From IMG/VR virus record IMGVR_UViG_3300027909_000021: DNA of 64,000 bases; one strand, written 5' to 3'. A program made the translations under genes and the position numbers. Below are positions 43,518 to 49,951 of the stretch, piece after piece (position 1 is the stretch's first letter; each line of letters opens with the position of its first letter). The DNA comes from a virus. Under the pieces are notes generated by a model. It did not search any database and was not told the DNA's origin. It worked only from the letters and a program-made list of their open reading frames with translations.

Positions 43518-43665
43518 GTTGCCCGGTGCATTCGACTCCGGTTACTTCAATCCTTTTTGGTAGGGGATGTACCTGGTTCGACTCCAGGCTTGGCCACTCC
43601 TGGCCAAGTAGCTCATCGGATAGAGCGCCTAGAAATACACCGTGGTCACCTCTTCCTCGGGCAAC
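43518..43665 (+). ncRNA. Y-RNA-like unit 4 (YrlA-like permuted tRNA mimic)
   Basis: Helix A is 43518-43525/43658-43665 and helix B is 43534-43542/43639-43647. The T arm is CCTGG-TTCGACT-CCAGG. The acceptor hairpin is CTTGGCC-ACTCCT-GGCCAAG, followed by TA and the D arm GCTC-ATCGGATA-GAGC. Confidence 0.65.
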
Positions 43666-43674
43666 ACACACTTG

Positions 43675-43705
43675 GGCCCCGTCTTTGGACGGGGCCTTTC
43701 TGTTT
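43675..43705 (+). terminator. Intrinsic terminator ending the ncRNA cluster
   Basis: GGCCCCGTC-TTTG-GACGGGGCC followed by TTTCTGTTT. Confidence 0.8.
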
Positions 43706-43729
43706 CACAAAGGAGAGGAGATAGACCGA

Positions 43730-43996
43730 ATGCGGGTAACCAGCAAAAGCATGGCTGAACTGATAGACGCTCTTGACCCCAATGGGACCCGGGTGGGAAA
43801 CGTCAGCTTCAGCTACCGAGTGGCCATGGGCAACAGGGTCCTGGAGACGGAGTTCAACTACGGCCGAGCCCTTGGCTTGACCATTACTACCTGGTCCAGC
43901 GGCTGGTTGATTCGTGACGTTGCCGTCCGAATCGAAGGAGTCGAGCGGGACATCTGCAAGGTCCTTTTGCGGATCGATTACTTGTTCGTCGAGTAA
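43730..43996 (+). CDS. hypothetical protein (88 aa)
   Basis: ATG follows AAAGGAGAGGAG; internal start of ORF 43415-43996. Confidence 0.7.
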   Translation: MRVTSKSMAELIDALDPNGTRVGNVSFSYRVAMGNRVLETEFNYGRALGLTITTWSSGWLIRDVAVRIEGVERDICKVLLRIDYLFVE

Positions 43997-44011
43997 AAGG
44001 AGAATAAGAAA

Positions 44012-44221
44012 ATGGACATCAGCAAATCGGTTAGGAAGGCGGTTGAGCTAGGCACTCTCCGATCCCAGATATCTGCTGTGGAAGAGATGCTCAAGGTGGC
44101 TGATGATCAACTGTCCGGCGACCTGACGACCCAGATGGTCCGCAACGTCATGGCCACGGCCAAGGAGGAATACCTTGCCAAGGTCCAGCAGTGGGCCGAC
44201 CAGAACCGAAAGGAGAAGTGA
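44012..44221 (+). CDS. hypothetical coiled-coil protein (69 aa)
   Basis: Track ORF. AAGGAG lies upstream, and the ORF abuts the rsr start. Confidence 0.65.
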   Translation: MDISKSVRKAVELGTLRSQISAVEEMLKVADDQLSGDLTTQMVRNVMATAKEEYLAKVQQWADQNRKEK

Positions 44222-45844
44222 ATGGCAGGCAAGTTCAATAAGCAGAGCAACCTACAGCGCACGAAGCCTTCAACGCCGGTCCGCACGACCTCGGTCGCAC
44301 CGGACACCGTCACCAATGAGGGTGCGGTCGGCTGGTCGCGGGACCCGAAGTCGGAGCTGTTCCTGCTGGGCGTGGCCAACTTCGTCTCCGAGGACACCTT
44401 CTACGAGGACAAACTGCTGCGTGACAAGCGCTACGACATGCTCGTGACGCAGATCGCGGCCAACGATCCGGCGTGGCTGGAGGGCTTCTTCCCGTGGCTG
44501 CGGTTCGAGGCGAACATGCGCTCGGCCCCGGTCATCGGTGCAGCCATCGCGGCCAAGTCCATGCTCGGCACCAAGGCTCCCGGTGGCCGTCGGATCGTCG
44601 CTGGGTCACTGGGTCGCGCGGACGAGCCAGGCGAGTTCCTGGCGTACTGGATCTCGCGGTGGGGTGACAAGCTGCCCAAGCCGGTCAAGCGTGGCCTGGC
44701 CGACGCGATCGTACGGCTCTACACCCAGCGGAACCTGCTCAAGTACGACATCTCGGGTAAGGGTCTGCGGTTCGCCAACGTGATCAACCTGGTGCACCCG
44801 TCCCCGGCTACGCCGGAGCAGCGTGAGCTGTTCAAGTTCGCGCTGGAGCGGGCGTACAAGGACAACGTGGAGATGCCGGAGTCGCTGAAGGTCGCCAAGG
44901 CGGAGAACGCGTTCCGCAAGGAGATCGCGCAGGCGACGTTCGACTGGGATCACTTCTTCGTCCGGACCGACCGGTCCAACGTCCTGAAGGCTGCGGGTCT
45001 GACGTGGCAGGACTTCCTGCCGCGCGTGCCGGAGCGTTATAAGACGGCGGCGTGGGAGACCCTGATCCCGACGATGGGCTTCCAGGCGCTGCTGACGAAC
45101 CTGCGTAACTTCGACGAGGCGGGGATCTCGCCTGCGGCCCGCAAGCTGGTCACCGACCGGCTCTCGGACCCAGACAAGGTCGCCAAGTCGAAGATGTTCC
45201 CGTTCCGGTTCCTGGTGGCGCACCGTAACGTGCGTTCCCTGAACTGGGGTCCGGCGCTGGAGACGGCTCTGGACGCTTCGCTGGCGAACGTGCCAGAGCT
45301 GCCGGGTCGCACGCTGATTCTGGTGGACCGGTCCGGCTCCATGAACTCGACGATCACGTCCACGCCGAACAAAAAGTCTTGGCGTGACGCGGTGGCCGGT
45401 GTCCGGCTGTCGGAGCTGGCGTCGATCTTCGGTTCGGCTCTGGCGCTGCGTAACATCGGCTCGTCCACCCTGGTCGAGTTCGGTGGCACGTCGCGGGAGA
45501 TCCACTTGCGCAAGGGCGATTCGCTGCTGCGTACGGCGAACCAGAAGTTCACCGGCGACATGGGTGGCACGTATCTGGCGATGGCGGCCCGGAGGCACTT
45601 CAAGGGCCACGACCGGGTCATCGTGATCACCGATGAGCAGTACCACGACGGTGCGGCGGGTTCGGTGGTCCCGGCCAACGTCCCGGTCTACACGTTCAAC
45701 CTGGCGGGCTACTCGGCCGCTGGCGGCATCTCGGGTCAGTCCAACCGGCACACCTTCGGTGGCCTGACGGACAAGGCTTTCAAGCTGATCCCGATGCTGG
45801 AGGCGGCACAGTCGCAGCGGTGGCCGTGGGAGACCGAGGAGTAG
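44222..45844 (+). CDS. rsr: Ro60 ortholog: TROVE domain plus vWA domain
   Basis: 540 aa. It has TROVE-like N-terminal repeats, then LLTNLRNF, MFPFRFL, the MIDAS motif LVDRSGSM, GGT and ITDEQ. This is collinear with human Ro60 LLRNLGKM / IHPFHIL / VDVSASM / GGTD / FTDNE. Confidence 0.85.
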   Translation: MAGKFNKQSNLQRTKPSTPVRTTSVAPDTVTNEGAVGWSRDPKSELFLLGVANFVSEDTFYEDKLLRDKRYDMLVTQIAANDPAWLEGFFPWLRFEANMRSAPVIGAAIAAKSMLGTKAPGGRRIVAGSLGRADEPGEFLAYWISRWGDKLPKPVKRGLADAIVRLYTQRNLLKYDISGKGLRFANVINLVHPSPATPEQRELFKFALERAYKDNVEMPESLKVAKAENAFRKEIAQATFDWDHFFVRTDRSNVLKAAGLTWQDFLPRVPERYKTAAWETLIPTMGFQALLTNLRNFDEAGISPAARKLVTDRLSDPDKVAKSKMFPFRFLVAHRNVRSLNWGPALETALDASLANVPELPGRTLILVDRSGSMNSTITSTPNKKSWRDAVAGVRLSELASIFGSALALRNIGSSTLVEFGGTSREIHLRKGDSLLRTANQKFTGDMGGTYLAMAARRHFKGHDRVIVITDEQYHDGAAGSVVPANVPVYTFNLAGYSAAGGISGQSNRHTFGGLTDKAFKLIPMLEAAQSQRWPWETEE

Positions 45845-45897
45845 CCGATTTGCGCGGGTATTCCTTGCTTATACGTCACTGGGCGATAGGGGGCCGG

Positions 45898-46188
45898 GTG
45901 ACATATCACGTGGAGTTGTGGCAGCAGCCGCTGTGGCGCCGAGCCGTGGCTACCGCGTATCACTGGTACGACATGCGGGTCTTCAAGGTGCCGGGGTTCA
46001 AGATTGTCGAGGGTCTGCTGCTGTGGTGGCAGACGCGTGGTGGTGATCTGGAGATTCCCCTATGCGCCAAGCAAGATCTGCGCTGCTATCGGTTGACCCG
46101 CAAGGGTCGCCGGGATCTGGCCACCGTCGAGGTGGATCAGGAGACCTATCGCCGGCTGGCGAAGGGTTTGGAGCTGCCTTCTGGTTAA
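45898..46188 (+). CDS. hypothetical protein (start uncertain; track ORF begins at 45820)
   Basis: Track ORF. Confidence 0.45.
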   Translation: MTYHVELWQQPLWRRAVATAYHWYDMRVFKVPGFKIVEGLLLWWQTRGGDLEIPLCAKQDLRCYRLTRKGRRDLATVEVDQETYRRLAKGLELPSG

Positions 46189-46197
46189 GTGTTTGGC

Positions 46198-46235
46198 GGT
46201 GACGGGTCCCAGCGTGTACAGTGGGACCTGTCACC
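46198..46235 (+). other. 13-bp stem-loop GGTGACGGGTCCC/GGGACCTGTCACC
   Basis: One G-T pair and a 12-nt loop, with no T-tract. It sits at the start of a ~200-nt non-coding stretch before tRNA-Trp. Confidence 0.6.
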
Positions 46236-46394
46236 AGGACCCACGACTTCTCACCAGCAGGAGGGATCAGGGGTGGTCCCGGGCAGTCGTCGCGTGGCGC
46301 GACCCTGCGGACAGCCACGAAGCGAGGAGGAGCCCTGTAGGGGGTACCTGCTCTGCCAGTCGCCCGGCACTGGTCTCGCAAAAGCCGGGCACCT

Positions 46395-46467
46395 TCGGAC
46401 ATAGCTCAACTGGAAGAGCACCCGTCTCCAAAGCGGGTGGTTGGGGGTTCGAGTCCCTCTGTCCGGG
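46395..46467 (+). tRNA. tRNA-Trp(CCA)
   Basis: 73-nt cloverleaf with anticodon loop CTCCAAA. Strongly resembles E. coli tRNA-Trp in the D and anticodon arms. Confidence 0.85.
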
Positions 46468-46609
46468 CGAGGAAGCCAGGGACGCCTGGTGGAATCAGGT
46501 GGATGAAGGCACCCGATATGTCGTGCTGCGACAGTCGACCAAACAGCGGTGAGGGCAGTGGGGCTAAGACTGTCGACGAGATTCCCGGCCCCCGCCGGAG
46601 TCCACTTCA

Positions 46610-46682
46610 GGGTCCATAGCTCAGACGGAAGAGCGCCCGGTTGAAACCCGGGAGGTCCCAGGTTCGAATCCTGGTGTTCCCA
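46610..46682 (+). tRNA. tRNA-Phe(GAA), acceptor stem with two mismatches
   Basis: Anticodon loop TTGAAAC and T arm CCAGG-TTCGAAT-CCTGG. Acceptor GGGTCCA/TGTTCCC has 4:69 T-T and 5:68 C-T. Confidence 0.6.
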
Positions 46683-46807
46683 CGTAAGGCCAGAGACAGG
46701 TACAACCAGGGGGCGTTAACGCCGACGCTAGACGGCGAAGGACGGCCTTGAGATACGGTCTTGTCGTAAGTAGCCGTACCTGCGCCCCCTGCACCAAACT
46801 GAATCTT

Positions 46808-46890
46808 GGAGAGTGAACCGGGCGGGGCCCGGGGCCGTCTCGAAAACGGTTAGATCCGTAAGGGTTGGGGTTCGAGACCTCCGCTCTCCG
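46808..46890 (+). tRNA. tRNA-Ser(CGA), type II
   Basis: Acceptor GGAGAGT/GCTCTCC, anticodon loop CTCGAAA and a 15-nt variable arm. The D arm is atypical and the T stem has 4 bp. Confidence 0.65.
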
Positions 46891-46895
46891 CGCCA

Positions 46896-46968
46896 GGACC
46901 TGTGGCCAAACGGCAAAGGCGCCCGATCCAAACTCGGGATTTTGGGGGTTCGACTCCCTCCAGGTCTA
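46896..46968 (+). tRNA. type I tRNA with anticodon loop TCCAAAC (C33; reads CAA if numbered canonically)
   Basis: Otherwise a regular 73-nt cloverleaf with A73. Confidence 0.55.
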
Positions 46969-46971
46969 CTT

Positions 46972-47043
46972 GGCTCGATAGCTCAACGGCAGAGCACCAC
47001 CTTGTCAAGGTGGGAGGTGGGGGTTCAAATCCCCTTCGAGTCG
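46972..47043 (+). tRNA. tRNA-Asp(GTC)
   Basis: 72-nt cloverleaf with anticodon loop TTGTCAA. Confidence 0.85.
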
Positions 47044-47143
47044 CGGCGGAGTTAAAGCAGTCGCCACAGGAGTATCCACCTGTGGAAAGAGGCCAAGGGT
47101 CTCGCTATAGGGGGGCCTCTCCCTGAGCCCTGCTCCACCACAT

Positions 47144-47214
47144 TCACCCATAGTGCAACGGCAGCACGGCACGCTCTGGACGTGCAGATCGTGGTTCGAA
47201 TCCATGTGGGTGAG
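47144..47214 (+). tRNA. tRNA-Gln(CTG)
   Basis: 71-nt cloverleaf with a U1-A72 pair and anticodon loop CTCTGGA. Confidence 0.85.
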
Positions 47215-47288
47215 CGCAGCAGATGGCCCCCGTTGGCCCGAGGGGGAGGAAGGCACGCTGTATCGGGCCCTAAAGCAAAGGAGAAGAC

Positions 47289-47456
47289 ATGGCGGCGAAG
47301 CATCGCAAGCCCGGTGACTGGCGGGCCGTTGCCTCCGCCCGCGCCCACGTTCTTCGGATCCTGGTGCGGGGGCACGGACTGACAAACACCCCGGGGATGA
47401 ACGAAACCGGCAGCGCCGCCTACCGGCGGCTGGCGGAAAAGCTGAAGAAGAACTAG
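47289..47456 (+). CDS. small basic protein (55 aa) inside the tRNA array
   Basis: AAAGGAGAAGAC precedes the ATG. Sequence is MAAKHRKPGDWRAVASARAHVLRILVRGHGLTNTPGMNETGSAAYRRLAEKLKKN. Below the track cutoff. Confidence 0.55.
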   Translation: MAAKHRKPGDWRAVASARAHVLRILVRGHGLTNTPGMNETGSAAYRRLAEKLKKN

Positions 47457-47525
47457 CGCGGGCCTTTCGGGGCACCCCAGCGGCGGGACGAGGCCGGATC
47501 ATGCCCGGTAAGTGGAAGCCGCCTT

Positions 47526-47598
47526 TGCTCCATGGCGCAGTTGGCAGCGCAGCTCACTGTTAATGAGATGGTCGCAAGTTCGAATCTTGCTGGAGCAG
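47526..47598 (+). tRNA. tRNA-Asn(GTT)
   Basis: 73-nt cloverleaf with anticodon loop CTGTTAA. Confidence 0.85.
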
Positions 47599-47728
47599 CG
47601 AGATGGAGAGAGTAAGCAAACGTCGTGAGGCGTGCCCGGACCCTAGGGATTGCGAGTCGCTTATGCCTGCCCAGGGGCAGCCCAGCGCTAAGACTCAACC
47701 GGACCTGGGCGACTCTCTTCATCTTGGA

Positions 47729-47801
47729 GCACCTATAGCTCAACTGGAAGAGCAGCTGTCTTACAAGCAGCGGGTTCGAGGTTCGAGTCCTCGTGGGTGT
47801 A
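47729..47801 (+). tRNA. tRNA-Val(TAC)
   Basis: 73-nt cloverleaf with anticodon loop CTTACAA. Confidence 0.85.
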
Positions 47802-47883
47802 CGGCAACGAGGTGGGTCGGGGAGCCTGAAAGCGTCCGGCCGGTCGCCCGTGGAGCGAATCCAAGCCCACCTCGTAGCTGAAT

Positions 47884-47955
47884 GGGTCGGTAGCTCAGAG
47901 GTAGAGCAGGGGACTCTTAATCCCTGTGCCGGGGGTTCGATACCCTCTCGACCCA
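47884..47955 (+). tRNA. tRNA-Lys(CTT)
   Basis: 72-nt cloverleaf with anticodon loop CTCTTAA. Confidence 0.85.
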
Positions 47956-48070
47956 CGGTTCGACACGTTCTTGAAAGGGTGGGTTTCTGCCTAGAGAGTG
48001 TCGTTCAAGGGAGGGGATGGGCGACCCCGGTTAAAGCCAGGGGCAACGTCCAAGTGAACCTCCCGGGCCT

Positions 48071-48144
48071 GTCCTCGTGGCGGAATTGGCATACGCGCTG
48101 GATTCAGAATCCAGTTTCTGGGAGTTCGACTCTCCCCGAGGATA
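48071..48144 (+). tRNA. tRNA-Leu(CAG)-like lacking the long variable arm
   Basis: The D arm and anticodon arm TGGCGGAATTGGCATACGCGCTGGATTCAG closely resemble E. coli tRNA-Leu(CAG), and A73 is present. The variable region is only TTTCT. Confidence 0.65.
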
Positions 48145-48149
48145 CGAAC

Positions 48150-48221
48150 GTGGATGTGGTGTCAACGGCAACACACCTGTCTTCCAAACAGGGGTTCAGG
48201 GTTCGAGTCCCTGCATCCGCA
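48150..48221 (+). tRNA. tRNA-Gly(TCC)
   Basis: 72-nt cloverleaf with anticodon loop CTTCCAA. Confidence 0.85.
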
Positions 48222-48225
48222 CGGA

Positions 48226-48386
48226 AGGGGCGTAGCTCAGTCTGGCTAGAGCAACGGACCCCCACCTGATACGGGGTAGTTGACCGTGGCCGCCTCTGTT
48301 GGACCGAGCGCCGCACGCGGGACGTACGCCGAAAGGCTCCAGGGTGGGGCATCCGCGTGTCGCAGGTTCGAATCCTGCCGCCCCTT
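48226..48386 (+). ncRNA. tRNA-like RNA with a 93-nt insertion in place of the anticodon loop
   Basis: The acceptor AGGGGCG/CGCCCCT, D arm GCTC-AGTCTGGCTA-GAGC and T arm GCAGG-TTCGAAT-CCTGC are all perfect. The anticodon stem ACGGA/TCCGC continues into CCCCACC(48260-48266)/GGTGGGG(48343-48349). Confidence 0.55.
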
Positions 48387-48391
48387 TCTCC

Positions 48392-48464
48392 AGCGTCATG
48401 GCGCAGTGGATAGCGCTCCAGCTTCCGAAGCTGGCGGTCGCGGGTTCGAATCCCGCTGACGCTA
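48392..48464 (+). tRNA. tRNA-Arg(CCG)
   Basis: 73-nt cloverleaf with anticodon loop TTCCGAA. Confidence 0.85.
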
Positions 48465-48465
48465 C

Positions 48466-48544
48466 TAGGGGGAAGGACCTGGTGGTCCGGCCGGTCTGTA
48501 AAACCGGTGCTCGCGCATGGTGGGTTCGATCCCCACTCCCCTAA
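48466..48544 (+). tRNA. tRNA-Tyr(GTA), type II
   Basis: Anticodon loop CTGTAAA, a 12-nt variable arm and T arm GTGGG-TTCGATC-CCCAC. It has a T1-A72 pair and a compact D arm. Confidence 0.7.
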
Positions 48545-48545
48545 C

Positions 48546-48630
48546 GGAGAGGTGCCAGAGCGGCAATGGGACGGGTTGCTAACCCGTAGCCCGGGTGATA
48601 CCGGCGCAGGTTCGATCCCTGCTCTCTCCG
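48546..48630 (+). tRNA. tRNA-Ser(GCT), type II
   Basis: Acceptor GGAGAGG/TCTCTCC, anticodon loop TTGCTAA and a long variable arm. Confidence 0.8.
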
Positions 48631-48633
48631 CAA

Positions 48634-48706
48634 GGCCCTATAGCTCAGCGGATAGAGCAGTGGTTTACGGAACCACGTGCCGCAGGTTCGAATCCTGCTA
48701 GGGTCA
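48634..48706 (+). tRNA. tRNA-Arg(ACG)
   Basis: 73-nt cloverleaf with anticodon loop TTACGGA. Confidence 0.85.
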
Positions 48707-48707
48707 C

Positions 48708-48780
48708 GGCGTCATAGATCAACTGGTAGATCACCTGGTTCTCAGCCAGGAGGGTCGGGGTTCGAGCCCCCGTGACGCTA
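48708..48780 (+). tRNA. tRNA-Glu(CTC)
   Basis: 73-nt cloverleaf with anticodon loop TTCTCAG. Confidence 0.8.
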
Positions 48781-48781
48781 C

Positions 48782-48856
48782 GCCTCCGTAGCTCAGTCTG
48801 GTCAGAGCGGCTGCCTTGTAAGCAGTTGGTCCGGGGTTCGAATCCTCGTGGAGGCC
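48782..48856 (+). tRNA. tRNA-Thr(TGT)
   Basis: 75-nt cloverleaf with anticodon loop CTTGTAA. Confidence 0.85.
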
Positions 48857-48860
48857 CGAA

Positions 48861-48932
48861 GGCCCCGTAGCCGAGTGGTTGAGGCACCAGCCTGCAAAGC
48901 TGGCTACGTCGGTTCAAATCCGGCCGGGGCCT
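48861..48932 (+). tRNA. tRNA-Cys(GCA)
   Basis: 72-nt cloverleaf with anticodon loop CTGCAAA and U73. Confidence 0.85.
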
Positions 48933-48935
48933 CTG

Positions 48936-48999
48936 GGGCCTACACGGTGCCAAGCCCGGATTTGACCGGGTATGGAGGGTTCGATTCCCTCTAGGTCCA
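48936..48999 (+). tRNA. aberrant tRNA-Gln(TTG)-like (64 nt): vestigial D arm, 6- or 8-nt anticodon loop
   Basis: The acceptor GGGCCTA/TAGGTCC and T arm GAGGG-TTCGATT-CCCTC are good. Only ~12 nt lie between the acceptor and the anticodon stem. The anticodon arm is CCCGG-ATTTGA-CCGGG. Confidence 0.45.
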
Positions 49000-49000
49000 C

Positions 49001-49073
49001 GATCCAGTATCCCAATCGGCCGGGGGCGGGACTTTTAATCCCAGGCATGTGGGTTCGAGTCCCACCTGGATCA
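49001..49073 (+). tRNA. tRNA-Lys(TTT)
   Basis: 73-nt cloverleaf with anticodon loop CTTTTAA. Confidence 0.8.
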
Positions 49074-49074
49074 C

Positions 49075-49146
49075 GGAGCCGTGGAGTAATGGCAGCTCAC
49101 CTGCCCTTCAAGCAGGACGGTGCGGGTTCAAATCCCGTCGGCTCTA
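49075..49146 (+). tRNA. tRNA-Glu(TTC) with C33; CCA encoded (49147-49149)
   Basis: 72-nt cloverleaf with anticodon loop CCTTCAA. Confidence 0.75.
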
Positions 49147-49240
49147 CCAGGCGTTAGGTACCGCGGCCCCAGTGGGGTATGGTGGACACGAACAAGGGAG
49201 GCAAGTAACACCAGAGAAAACTTGATCCCGGGAGAAGATC

Positions 49241-49951
49241 ATGGTGAGAGACGCCGACCGCAACCGACAACGGTGGCGGCAACGACGAAACGAATGGGAC
49301 GCCGCGCACCCCATCTGCGCAGACTGCTCAAACACCACCAACCTCAAAGTGGTATGGCGGGGCGAAGGACCCAAACCGTTCCGATCAATGCTGGAAGCGT
49401 TCCGCTGCAACCAAGAATACCGAGACCGGATCCTCGCGCAGTGTGTCAACCTGTGTTACACCTGCTGGCTGGCAACCCGGACCCGCAATCCACACGGCGG
49501 CGGCGCAGCCGGAATCGCCCACTGCAAATGCGCCCCGTGCGTAGACAAGCGCCGAGAGTACAACCGCATCAGCGGGCGCGCACGGCACAAGCGGCTGCAA
49601 GAACGCCGCGAACGGCTCATCGAGAAAGGCGTCGAACCGGGCCCCTACCGCAAGGCCAAGAAGGACCGCAACTCAAACGCCTGGAGCAAGACAGAGCCGG
49701 GACGCGAGTGGCGCCACTCACGGCGACACGACGCGAAACAAGCCTGGCTGGCCGGACGTACCTGCGTCGAGTGCGGTACGGCGGACAAGATCCGCTGTAC
49801 CTGGATCGACCCGCCGGGACCGTTGCCGTCGACTGCACGAATTTGGGCGTGTGGGAAGAAAATGCAGGCGAAATACCTCGAAAAATGTCACACCCTGTGT
49901 GTTTGCTGTCTACGCACGAGGAGCTGGACCACGAGGAGAGAAGGCCAATGA
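49241..49951 (+). CDS. Cys-rich protein with two repeated zinc-binding-like modules (236 aa)
   Basis: GGGAGAAGATC precedes the ATG. The modules C.DC...W..GP.P.....C..LC..C occur twice. Confidence 0.65.
   Translation: MVRDADRNRQRWRQRRNEWDAAHPICADCSNTTNLKVVWRGEGPKPFRSMLEAFRCNQEYRDRILAQCVNLCYTCWLATRTRNPHGGGAAGIAHCKCAPCVDKRREYNRISGRARHKRLQERRERLIEKGVEPGPYRKAKKDRNSNAWSKTEPGREWRHSRRHDAKQAWLAGRTCVECGTADKIRCTWIDPPGPLPSTARIWACGKKMQAKYLEKCHTLCVCCLRTRSWTTRREGQ

Noticed and set aside
48259-48351. Group I intron or archaeal-type intron in the interrupted tRNA-like gene
   Set aside because: 93 nt is far below the size of self-splicing group I introns. I could not find the P7/P3 pairings or a bulge-helix-bulge motif. 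It is kept as an unexplained insertion instead.
49120-49947. N-terminal 276 codons of the 609-aa track ORF 49120-50949
   Set aside because: It starts inside tRNA-Glu, is Arg/Pro-rich low-complexity sequence, and is overlapped in another frame by a better ORF (49241-51) with an SD. The real vWA gene starts at the ATGA-coupled ATG at 49948.
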